Part shown: positions 1-8,233 of the stretch, one piece after another | Layout: each line of letters begins with the position of its first letter | How positions within the stretch are numbered: position 1 is the stretch's first letter | Source of the DNA: Verrucomicrobiota bacterium | GTDB taxonomy: Bacteria; Verrucomicrobiota; Verrucomicrobiia; Limisphaerales; CANJSG01 | Assembly (NCBI GenBank): GCA_038209745.1 | Contig: JBBQXJ010000022.1 | Span: 1 to 57,466, forward strand | Length of the DNA: 57,466 bases | Direction of reading: 5' to 3' | Notes under the pieces: model-generated | What the model saw: the letters and a program-made list of their open reading frames with translations, nothing else | What the model was told of the DNA's origin: nothing | The model's database searches: none | Translations under genes and position numbers: made by a program

Positions 1-549
1 CTCGCCGTCGTTGAACATCGCCACCTTGTTGATCGCCTTGGCCTCGCTGTGGCTCCAATAGGTGCGCAGCTCGAAGACCCTGGGATGATCGGCGGACGGC
101 GCCACCGGGACTTCGAGGTGGTGCATCGCGTCGAAGGCCACGCTGACCGAGCTCTGGATCCGGACATAGGCCGGGTCTGATTTCGGGGCGTCGAGGTAGC
201 CCGCTCCGGCCTTCTGGTAGGCGGCGTCGGCGGCCAACTTGGCGGGCACGGCCGCCATCGATTCCAAGGAATCGTGCGCGATCAACACGTAGACATGGTT
301 CGTCGCCGAGGCCTCTGTTTCCGTGAAGACGCCCACTGGACCGGCACCCAGCCGTCGATAGGCCGGCACGGCGGCATCATGCCAGAAGGCGTCGATGCGC
401 TGCTGCTGCGCCTCGGACTTGGTGGTGTAGACGCGCAGTTCGAAATACTGCGGCTTAGCGGCATCGGCCGCGACGGACAACGAGGGAACCGCCACGGCCC
501 AGAGGAACGCGCCGGCGAAAAGGAACTTGGTGAGGAGATTTGCTTTCAT
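1..549 (-). CDS. NIPSNAP-family protein with N-terminal signal peptide (3' end truncated by window)
   Basis: Hand translation from ATG 549: MKANLLTKFLFAGAFLWAVAVPSLSAADAAKPQYFELRVY...PRVFELRTYWSHSEAKAINKVAMFNDGE. Two F-E-L-R-x-Y NIPSNAP motifs. Absent from the ORF track because the stop lies outside the window. Confidence 0.85.
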   Translation of the reverse strand, partial: MKANLLTKFLFAGAFLWAVAVPSLSVAADAAKPQYFELRVYTTKSEAQQQRIDAFWHDAAVPAYRRLGAGPVGVFTETEASATNHVYVLIAHDSLESMAAVPAKLAADAAYQKAGAGYLDAPKSDPAYVRIQSSVSVAFDAMHHLEVPVAPSADHPRVFELRTYWSHSEAKAINKVAMFNDGE

Positions 550-607
550 GGTTGGGAAGGTGCTCGTGGGAAGACTCCCCCGTCCCGCATCCATTTTCAA
601 TCCCAGG

Positions 608-1129
608 CTACTTCCTCAGCGGCATCAGTCCGAAGTGGAGCGCCAACCAGATCGGCACGGCGCAGACGGCGATGGCCGCCACCCGGTCCCATGACCATTC
701 CAAAACCCGGGTCTGGATCGGGAAGATCGCGATCATGAAGTAGGCGCTGAAGCGGGTGTGCCCGATGAACCGCATCCCTTTCGGATACTTCCGGCGCAAT
801 CCGGACCACAGGGCCACCACTCCGAGGAGCAGGACGAGAAAGGTCACCGCGACGTTGACCGCGAGGAGACTCGTCGCATGGAGCGTCCGCGGCCGCGCCA
901 CTTCTCGCATCACGCCGGGATGTTCCTGGAAGAACAGCCACGTCCAGTTGGCGCCGGCCCAAAGGAGGCCGAATCCGGTTTGAAACGCGGTGTGGAAAGA
1001 CGGCTTCGAGGAGGTCACCTCGTTCACGATCCAGCTGAAGTAGAGCGGCACGATGCCCCAGACCATCGAAGCGTGCTGGAAGGGCACGACGAGCAGTTCG
1101 ACAAAGGTGCTCCAAAGTGAGTGCGACAC
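608..1129 (-). CDS. Hypothetical integral membrane protein
   Basis: 173 aa with about 5 hydrophobic segments; co-oriented downstream of folB. Confidence 0.7.
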   Translation of the reverse strand: MSHSLWSTFVELLVVPFQHASMVWGIVPLYFSWIVNEVTSSKPSFHTAFQTGFGLLWAGANWTWLFFQEHPGVMREVARPRTLHATSLLAVNVAVTFLVLLLGVVALWSGLRRKYPKGMRFIGHTRFSAYFMIAIFPIQTRVLEWSWDRVAAIAVCAVPIWLALHFGLMPLRK

Positions 1130-1179
1130 GGCGGGAATGTGGGGATTCTAAAGCCGGACTCAATCCCCGGGACGACGGT

Positions 1180-1539
1180 TCAACTTTCGGTCGTAGTCTC
1201 GCGGTGGATCTTCACCGCCACATGCCGCGCTTCGGGAATGATGAACTTCTGCACTTCGACCGCCACCGCCGTCGCGCCGAACTCGCCCAAAACGATCCCG
1301 GCGATTTCTTCAGCCAGGGTCTCGATCAGCTTCCAGCTCCGCCCTTCTCCGAGCTTCAGCAGGCGCTGGGACACGGCGTAGTAGTTGATCGTGTGCTGGA
1401 GATCGTCCGTCGCGGCCGCCTGCCGGAAGTCGCGGGCCATCTCCACACTGACCAGCAGGCGTTGCGGCTCGGCCCGTTCTTCATCGGGCACGCCCACGTG
1501 GTAGAGAGCCTCCAGATCGCGGATGATGATGGTGTCCAT
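1180..1539 (-). CDS. folB: Dihydroneopterin aldolase
   Basis: MDTIIIRDLEALYHVGVPDEER...Q, TINYY, LIETLAEEIA, VEVQK: FolB signature motifs; 119 aa. Confidence 0.93.
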   Translation of the reverse strand: MDTIIIRDLEALYHVGVPDEERAEPQRLLVSVEMARDFRQAAATDDLQHTINYYAVSQRLLKLGEGRSWKLIETLAEEIAGIVLGEFGATAVAVEVQKFIIPEARHVAVKIHRETTTES

Positions 1540-1548
1540 CAGAGTGTT

Positions 1549-2634
1549 TCAGGGGGTCTGCCCGCGACGAGCGACGAGCGCGTCGAGCAGGATTCGGGTC
1601 GGCGAATTGAGATCCAGATTCAGCGCGTCTTCCAGAGACGTCCACCGGAAGTCCTGGGCTTCCTCGTTGAGCACCACGGCTTGAGTCCCAAGAGCACGAC
1701 AGACGTAGTTGAGCAGCAGGAAATGCGCGTCCCGGTAGAACTCTTTCGAGTGGATGCAGTCCTGCACCAGGACGAACTCCACGTCCTCGACCACGAGGCC
1801 CGTCTCCTCCAAGACTTCCCGCCGCAGCGCGTCTTTGCTGGCCTCGCCCCACTTGATCTTGCCGCCCGGAATGCCCCACATCCCCGACCATTTCTCGGTC
1901 CGGATCATGAGCAAATCGCCCGCGTCGTTGAAGATGGCCGCTCCCACCGTGGAGATCGGCATCGGCCCGGCGCCGTTGGCCGGCACCGGAAGTTGGCCCG
2001 GCATGCGGAAGGCGTCGCGCTCGAACATCTCCCGCAATTCCCCGAGATGCTCCACGATCAGATCCGGCTCGCTGAGGCGCAGTTGCTCAAGGCCGTTGTA
2101 GCCGGTCAACACCGCCACAGAGTGCAATCCACCGTGCTTGGCCGTGTCGATGTCGTGCTGCATGTCGCCGATGAACAACGTGTGCGCCGGATCGAGCGCG
2201 TGTTCGGCGAGAATCTCATGGATCTTCCGGCGTTTGTCCCAGACTCCAAGATAGGGATGGTCGATGAATCCGCCGAAGCCGGTCGCCGCCGCCTGCACCG
2301 CGAAATGATCCGGATGGACCGCGCTCAGGAGGAAGGTGCGGATGCCGTGGCGACGGCACAGTTCGAGGAATTCTCGGGCGTGGGGCAGTCCGACGACACT
2401 GTCCTGCACTTCGCGGAAACGGCCGTGGAACCACTCCTCCAGTCGATCCATCGGCACGTCCGGAGTGTAGCGTTGGTAGAAGCCGTCGAACGGCAATTGG
2501 AACTCGGCGCGAAACTGGTCCAAGGTCAGCTCCTTCACACCCGCCTGGGTGAAGACGTGGTTCGACGCCCGCCACACGGCCGGCAGGTCGTCCACCAGCG
2601 TGCCCGACCAGTCGAAGATGATGTTCCGGATCAC
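1549..2634 (-). CDS. HAD-family phosphatase fused to a NUDIX hydrolase
   Basis: HAD motif I (IIFDWSGTLVD) and motif IV (IGDMQHDI); C-terminal NUDIX box GGKIKWGEASKDALRREVLEETGL. Start placed at GTG 2634. Confidence 0.88.
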   Translation of the reverse strand: MIRNIIFDWSGTLVDDLPAVWRASNHVFTQAGVKELTLDQFRAEFQLPFDGFYQRYTPDVPMDRLEEWFHGRFREVQDSVVGLPHAREFLELCRRHGIRTFLLSAVHPDHFAVQAAATGFGGFIDHPYLGVWDKRRKIHEILAEHALDPAHTLFIGDMQHDIDTAKHGGLHSVAVLTGYNGLEQLRLSEPDLIVEHLGELREMFERDAFRMPGQLPVPANGAGPMPISTVGAAIFNDAGDLLMIRTEKWSGMWGIPGGKIKWGEASKDALRREVLEETGLVVEDVEFVLVQDCIHSKEFYRDAHFLLLNYVCRALGTQAVVLNEEAQDFRWTSLEDALNLDLNSPTRILLDALVARRGQTP

Positions 2635-2748
2635 GGAGGCGACACTACCGGGGGATGATGCCGAGGCAAATAGGCGGATCCGTGAAAATTCCAGCCGGCC
2701 CAGATTTGATCGCCGCAAAGCCGACCAGCATGACGGACTGAATTCTCT

Positions 2749-4029
2749 TCAATCCTCCCGCACCCAACGTTTGGCCTTCAGCTCGAATCGAGGCAGCGAT
2801 CCAGCCACGGCCATCTGCACCGGAATCCTTAGATTGAACGCCGTCTGCAACGCATAGCCGATTCTCCGGGCCAAGTCCTGCGGCGCATCCGGCGTCGACT
2901 CCACCGTCAGCTCGATCTCGCGCAGCGCCCCGTTGAGCCGGACTCGCACGCGGTATTCCGCCACTTCGGAAAACCCACGGAGCACGTCTTCGACAGCGCT
3001 GGGAAAGACGTTCACGCCCCGGACCACGACCATGTCGTCGGACCGGCCCAGGATGCCTCCTTCCAGCGCGACCTCGTGCCGTCCGCACACGCAAACTTCC
3101 GCCAGTGCGGCGCGAACAAGATCACCCGTGCGGTAGCGCAAGAGCGGCGAACCCAGACGACCCAGTGTCGTGAGAATCAATTCGCCCGTCTCTCCGCGCG
3201 ATACCGGCTGGCAGGTTTCCGGATCGAGAATTTCGGTAAGGTACGAGGTCTCGATGACATGGATCGTGCCGGGGCGCTCCGGGCATTCGAAGCTGACGGG
3301 CCCCACCTCGGTCATCCCGTGATGATCAAAGATGCGAGCGCCGTTCCAGAGCTGGGCCAGCCGCTCGCGAACCGCCGGGACACTGCCGCCCGGTTCGCCC
3401 GCCACGCAGATCGTGCGGATCTTGCCGGCGTGCAGATCGATGCCTTCCTTTTCTGCCGTTTCCGCGAGGTGCAACGCATAGGTGGGCGTGCAGCAAAGGA
3501 CGGTCGCGCCGTGGTCGATGATCGAGCGCAGCCGCGCCACGGTGTTCATGCCGCCGCCGGGCAGGCAGAGGCAGCCGATGCGCAACGCCGACTCGAAGGC
3601 CGTCCAAAATCCGAGGAAGGGTCCGAAGGAGAACGCGAAGAAGACCTTGTCGGCCGCCGTCGTGCCGGCGGCCCGATGGACCACTTCCCAGTTCCCCAGC
3701 ATCCACGCCCAGCTCTCGTTGGTGTCGAGCCAGCGGAGCGGCTTGCCCGTGCTGCCGCTCGTGCCGTGGCAGCGGGTGTAGCGCTCGAGCGGATAGGTCA
3801 AGTCGGAGCCATATGGCCCGTTCGCCGCCTGGTCGGCGACGAGTTCGGACTTCGTGGTGAAGGGAAACCGCGCCGAGAACTCGGCCAAGGACCCGGGCGA
3901 CAACAGCGCTTCGTCGCCCCCCAGTTTTGCGCGGTAGAACGGATTGTCCCGCAGCGCGTCCAGCAGCTTGCACAGATGCTCGAACTGATCGCGGTCGATC
4001 TTCGCTCGGGTGGCGAAAGCCTCGGGCAT
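2749..4029 (-). CDS. Phenylacetate-CoA ligase family (PaaK-like) AMP-binding protein
   Basis: PFTTKSEL, TSGSTGKP, AGEPG, HGMTEVG, RYRTGDL, GRSDDMVVVRGVNVFP motifs. Confidence 0.88.
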   Translation of the reverse strand: MPEAFATRAKIDRDQFEHLCKLLDALRDNPFYRAKLGGDEALLSPGSLAEFSARFPFTTKSELVADQAANGPYGSDLTYPLERYTRCHGTSGSTGKPLRWLDTNESWAWMLGNWEVVHRAAGTTAADKVFFAFSFGPFLGFWTAFESALRIGCLCLPGGGMNTVARLRSIIDHGATVLCCTPTYALHLAETAEKEGIDLHAGKIRTICVAGEPGGSVPAVRERLAQLWNGARIFDHHGMTEVGPVSFECPERPGTIHVIETSYLTEILDPETCQPVSRGETGELILTTLGRLGSPLLRYRTGDLVRAALAEVCVCGRHEVALEGGILGRSDDMVVVRGVNVFPSAVEDVLRGFSEVAEYRVRVRLNGALREIELTVESTPDAPQDLARRIGYALQTAFNLRIPVQMAVAGSLPRFELKAKRWVRED

Positions 4030-4032
4030 CGA

Positions 4033-4617
4033 TCAGCCGTTGGCGGATGGCGAAACGGCCGCGCTCGCGGAAGCCGGTTTCTTGGGAGCCATGTTCGCCG
4101 GATTGAACCGGGCGACCATGTAGCCACCGGCCACTGCCAGCAAGATGCCCAGATAAAACTGCGGCTTGACCGAGCCCCATCCGTTCAAGGGAGGGTGCAT
4201 CAATGTCGAGAGCACCGCGTTGATCAGCGGAGCCCCGGCAAACACCAGCGACATCACGACGACCGGAGTGCCCCTGGCCCCGAACGCCAGCAGCACCCCG
4301 AAGGCCCCGATCGCACCGGCCATTCCGGCGATGAGCGACCACCATGCACCGGACGATGTATAACCGGTAAAGGCCTGACCCTTGTTCATCAGGAGTAACA
4401 GGGGCGCCAGCACGGCAACGAGAAAGTAGGCGATGCCGACGAAAAGAAACGCCTTGTAACGGAGCGTCGTGGCATCGGCGGCCGTGTCGCCGGGAACGCG
4501 CATCAAGGTCTGCCCTTTGTGCAGGAGGATCCCGTAGACGCCCCACGTGAGGACGGTCAGGAGAGTGTAGAGGAGCCAGGTGTTACCGACTGCTGGAGCG
4601 GGAGCGGATGGATTCAT
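4033..4617 (-). CDS. Small multi-TM membrane protein, DMT/EamA-like
   Basis: TWGVYG, GAIGAFGVLLA, VMSLVFAGAPLINA; about 5 TM helices. Likely start MNPSAP at 4617. Confidence 0.75.
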   Translation of the reverse strand: MNPSAPAPAVGNTWLLYTLLTVLTWGVYGILLHKGQTLMRVPGDTAADATTLRYKAFLFVGIAYFLVAVLAPLLLLMNKGQAFTGYTSSGAWWSLIAGMAGAIGAFGVLLAFGARGTPVVVMSLVFAGAPLINAVLSTLMHPPLNGWGSVKPQFYLGILLAVAGGYMVARFNPANMAPKKPASASAAVSPSANG

Positions 4618-4678
4618 ACGTATGCGGATGATACGAACCGGCCCCGCTTCGACAACCGGATTGTTGGAGGGCCCACCG

Positions 4679-5020
4679 CTACCCCGCCCGTTTCGCTCCG
4701 GATCGACATTCCTGCACTTGATGATTCCGGTCGACGAGCATCGTTCGCGCGCCCCACGGAACGTGCGCTGGTTCCATTTGGCTTCCGGATGCACCGCGCG
4801 CCACCCCCTGACCCTCCCCATGTCGCCGACCTGTTAGATCCGGAATTCCGACCGATCCGCCCAGTCGTCCTTGTGCTCCACCACCCTGCGGGAGCCTTCC
4901 TCGATTTCCCTTCGAATGCTGGCCTGTAGGTCGGCCTCCAGCGGTTTCGGCTTGTCGCAGGCCGCCGTCACCACCCGCAAAGTGACGACGGCCCGCACCG
5001 TGACAGCAAGTCGGCGCACC
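4679..5020 (-). pseudogene. Decayed small lipoprotein-like gene
   Basis: VRRLAVTVRAVVTLRVVTAACDKPK...DWADRSEFRI, in-frame TAA (4834-4836), QVGDMGRVRGWRAVHPEAKWNQR, then a frameshift into HVPWGARTMLVDRNHQVQECRSG. Confidence 0.45.
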
Positions 5021-5041
5021 GATGTGCGCGGAGAGAACCGG

Positions 5042-5503
5042 TCAGCCTTCGGTCTGCGGCGCTTCGCCGGGCTGGGGCGGCTGGCCTTGCTGGCCGGGCT
5101 GGCCCTTCTGGGGAACAACCACGACGGGCAGCGGATAGCGGAGTTTCATCACGTCGTCCACCAGCACCTCGAGATAGTAGGCGCCGGCGGTCTCGAACTT
5201 CACGTTCTGGAGCACGGTGACATTGATGGCGATGCTGCCGGGACCGTCGAGGGCCAGCTTGCCGGAGTTTTGGCCGAGGACCGTCTTCATGTCCGGCGCG
5301 ATGAGGCGCACGGTCTGGTTGAACTGGCCGATGCCGGCCACCCAGCGATTGAAGATAAGGAGCTGCGGCGCGACGACCGGGAGCTGGGGCACCTGGATGA
5401 CGTTGATGACGCCAATGAGGATGAAGCTGCCGGAGGTTTCCTGGCGGACCTGCTCGCAGACGAGCGAGCACTGGAGATCGGGAAGAATGCGGGTGGGAGT
5501 CAT
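5042..5503 (-). CDS. Conserved hypothetical protein (DUF6941-like)
   Basis: SLVCEQVRQETSGSFILIGV; beta-rich with Gln/Pro tail; 30 nt downstream of folD. Confidence 0.7.
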   Translation of the reverse strand: MTPTRILPDLQCSLVCEQVRQETSGSFILIGVINVIQVPQLPVVAPQLLIFNRWVAGIGQFNQTVRLIAPDMKTVLGQNSGKLALDGPGSIAINVTVLQNVKFETAGAYYLEVLVDDVMKLRYPLPVVVVPQKGQPGQQGQPPQPGEAPQTEG

Positions 5504-5533
5504 TTGGATTTGTTTTCTTGGAGGTAAAGCGCT

Positions 5534-6415
5534 TCAGCGTGTCGCCATCTCGGCGGCGCGCACGGTGTTCTGCATAAGGACGGCGATGGTCATCGGACCC
5601 ACGCCACCGGGATTGGGCGTGATCTTCCCGGCAATCGGCTGGATCGCGGCGAAGTCGACGTCGCCCACGAGCCGCGATCCATTCTTCGCCGAAGGATCGG
5701 CGATGCGGTTCACGCCCACATCCATGACGACGACTCCCGGCTTGACCATGTCGGCCTTCAGGAACTGCGGAACGCCCATCGCCGCCACGATGATGTCCGC
5801 GCGTCGGCAATGGTCCGCGACGTGGCGTGAAGCCGAGTGGCAGACCGTGACCGTGGCATTGGCGTGTTTGGACTTCTGGAGGAGGATCGCGGCCATCGGC
5901 TTCCCGACGATGTTGCCCCGACCGAGTATCACAACTTCGGCGCCGTCGACCTTGACGCCCGAGCGGATGAGCAGTTCATGCACGCCGGCCGGGGTGCAGG
6001 GCTGGAATCCGTCGCTATCGCCGAGCATCAGCTTGCCGACATTTACCGGGTGAAAGCCGTCCACGTCCTTCGCCGGCGACACTGTGGCGTAGACGGCGGC
6101 CTGGTCGATGTGCTTGGGCAACGGCGCCTGTACGAGGATGCCGTGGACCTTCGGGTCCGCGTTCAAGGAGTGAAGCAGGGCGATGAGTTCAGCCTGGGTG
6201 GTGGACTCGGGCAGGACACGCGTCTCTGAGAAGATGCCCAGTCGGACGGAAGTCTTTTCCTTCATCCCCACATAGACCTTGGAGGCGGGATCCTCGCCAA
6301 CCCGGACAAAGACCAACCCTGGCTGGATTCCCCGGGCGGACAGCGCGGCGACACGCTGGGCGGTTTCGACGTGGAGCAGTTCCGCGATGGCTCGGCCGTC
6401 GATGAGGTTGGACAT
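5534..6415 (-). CDS. folD: Bifunctional methylenetetrahydrofolate dehydrogenase/cyclohydrolase
   Basis: LIDGRAIA, VGEDPASKVYV, HGILVQAPLP, KDVDGFHP, PCTPAG, GRGNIVGKP, TPNPGGVGPMT. ATG overlaps the upstream TGA. Confidence 0.97.
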   Translation of the reverse strand: MSNLIDGRAIAELLHVETAQRVAALSARGIQPGLVFVRVGEDPASKVYVGMKEKTSVRLGIFSETRVLPESTTQAELIALLHSLNADPKVHGILVQAPLPKHIDQAAVYATVSPAKDVDGFHPVNVGKLMLGDSDGFQPCTPAGVHELLIRSGVKVDGAEVVILGRGNIVGKPMAAILLQKSKHANATVTVCHSASRHVADHCRRADIIVAAMGVPQFLKADMVKPGVVVMDVGVNRIADPSAKNGSRLVGDVDFAAIQPIAGKITPNPGGVGPMTIAVLMQNTVRAAEMATR

Positions 6416-7440
6416 CAGTTCGGCAAGGTGGCGTGTTCCACCTCGATCACCGGTGTCCGCTTCCATCGCGCATCAAGATACTCCTCGCCCCGGACGATCA
6501 CGACCGAGCCGACGAACGGCCCGAGATCAAGTTCCGGATTGCTGACGTAGAGGTAATTGATGAGGCGCCCGTGGTATTTGTCCACGAGCTGGAAGTATCC
6601 GGGCGTGTTGACGTTGAAATCCCTGCGGAGAATGCCTTCACGGACCACGATGCGACGGCGGGGCGCCGCCGGAGTGATTTCCACCGGCGCACTTTCAGTC
6701 GGCGGAACAACCGGAGCGGCAACAACCGGAGCGGCAACAACCGGAGCGGCAACAACGGGCGCGGCAACAACGGGCGCGGCAGGCTCCGCAACAGGGGGCG
6801 TTTCTGGAGCCTTGGGCTTGCTTTCAACCGCAGCGACGAGCGGCGCGGATTCGACTACCGTGGTTTCTGTTGGCTTAGGCACCGGGGGAACTGCCGCCAC
6901 CGGAGCCGGTTTGTCCGGAATGGTCTCGACCACCGTGGCCTCCACCTTGGGCGCAGTGGCGGCCGGAAGGTCTCCCTTCACGGAAAGCAACGAAGCCACC
7001 ACGTAGGCGACGGCGTTGGTCGGCGGATGAATCTCGATCCAGTCGTCCACCGTCCGGATTGGCTCGACCACGTCACCCTTCACCAAACGGGCAAGAACGC
7101 TGTAGTTCTCGCCGGGGCCGCCGCGGACGTTCAGCTTTGAACCTGCAACAGTGTTGCTCGACGAAATAAAATGGGTGTTTACCCAGACCGGAGTGTTGGC
7201 GGGCAGAAGGATCTTTAGCCAGTTGGCCGGCTCACCTTTGCCCGGCTTCGACAAAGTGATCGTATCAAGCACGACCACCGTTTCACCCTTGCGAAGCTGG
7301 GTGACGACTTCGGCTTCGGTGCCCGCACCGCCACGGACGTTGACGCGATCCCCTTCGACCATCGCTGTTCCCTGCGCCAACACAGTGGTGGCGGAAGCGA
7401 TCAAAAGGACGGCGAATCGTGCAACAGGACCAGATGTCAT
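6415..7440 (-). CDS. Secreted protein with two bacterial SH3 domains and a Pro/Ala-rich linker
   Basis: Signal peptide; VNVRGGAGTEAEVVTQLRKG and LNVRGGPGENYSVLARLVKG repeats. Confidence 0.85.
   Translation of the reverse strand: MTSGPVARFAVLLIASATTVLAQGTAMVEGDRVNVRGGAGTEAEVVTQLRKGETVVVLDTITLSKPGKGEPANWLKILLPANTPVWVNTHFISSSNTVAGSKLNVRGGPGENYSVLARLVKGDVVEPIRTVDDWIEIHPPTNAVAYVVASLLSVKGDLPAATAPKVEATVVETIPDKPAPVAAVPPVPKPTETTVVESAPLVAAVESKPKAPETPPVAEPAAPVVAAPVVAAPVVAAPVVAAPVVPPTESAPVEITPAAPRRRIVVREGILRRDFNVNTPGYFQLVDKYHGRLINYLYVSNPELDLGPFVGSVVIVRGEEYLDARWKRTPVIEVEHATLPN
6706..6780. repeat. 5 x 15-bp coding tandem repeat (AAPVV units)
   Basis: aacaaccggagcggc x3 followed by aacaacgggcgcggc x2. Confidence 0.95.
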
Positions 7441-8150
7441 GGGGCTGAAAGTAGAGATTTTACCTCGGCAGCTGTCAACGCCCGCCATTTTCCAGCCGGA
7501 AGCTCCCCCAGCTTGGTCCGACCGATCTGCGTTCGCACCAGACGTGTCACCTCGCGGCCGATCGATTCGAACATCCGCCGCACTTCCCGATTTTTGCCCT
7601 CTCCCAAAACCAACTCAACCACACTCCTGGAGTTGGTTGCGTCTAGCACCTTGGCCTTTTCGGCCCGTAGGACCTCTCCCTCGCTTTGGACACCCTTGAG
7701 CAATGGCGCCAAATCCGCCGGCCTCAGACGCCCGTCCACCATGGCGATATAGGTTTTTTTCACCCCGTAACGCGGATGCGTCATGCGGAGGCAAAAATCT
7801 CCGTCGTTGGTGAAGAAGATGAGCCCTTCGCTATCAAGGTCGAGCCGACCGACCGGATAAAGATCGCTCCATTCCTTCGGAAGCAGGTCACCGGCGAGAC
7901 GCCATCCTCCCGGCTCCGACTTGGAACAGAGGTAGCCTTGGGGTTTGTGGAGCGCGATATGGAGCTTGCGCTTGGCCCGCAGCGTCTTGCCATCGACCGC
8001 GACCTTGTCCGACTCGGTGACTTTGGTCCCGAGTTCGGTGACGACGCGACCGTTCACCTTCACACGACCTTCCAGAATAATGGCCTCTGCGGCGCGACGC
8101 GATGCGACGCCGGCTTCGGCAAGGAACTTCTGTAGGCGAATGATCACCAT
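7437..8150 (-). CDS. rluB: rRNA pseudouridine synthase, RsuA/RluB family
   Basis: S4 domain RLQKFLAEAGVASRR; catalytic VGRLDLDSEG; EGKNREVRRM. Confidence 0.85.
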   Translation of the reverse strand: MVIIRLQKFLAEAGVASRRAAEAIILEGRVKVNGRVVTELGTKVTESDKVAVDGKTLRAKRKLHIALHKPQGYLCSKSEPGGWRLAGDLLPKEWSDLYPVGRLDLDSEGLIFFTNDGDFCLRMTHPRYGVKKTYIAMVDGRLRPADLAPLLKGVQSEGEVLRAEKAKVLDATNSRSVVELVLGEGKNREVRRMFESIGREVTRLVRTQIGRTKLGELPAGKWRALTAAEVKSLLSAP

Positions 8151-8180
8151 GGGAGTGTGCGGTCAATGCTTGCGGCTAAC

Positions 8181-8215
8181 AAAGAAAAAGGCTGGCGGAC
8201 CGAGGTCCGCCAGCC
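8181..8215 (-). terminator. Rho-independent terminator of the S8 protease gene
   Basis: GGCTGGCGGACC/GGTCCGCCAGCC inverted repeat followed by TTTTTCTTT on the minus strand. Confidence 0.85.
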
Positions 8216-8233
8216 GTGATAGGGACCCGATGA

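Noticed and set aside
6706..6780. Regular short repeats as a possible CRISPR array
   Set aside because: Contiguous 15-bp in-frame coding repeats with no spacers; no cas genes in the window.
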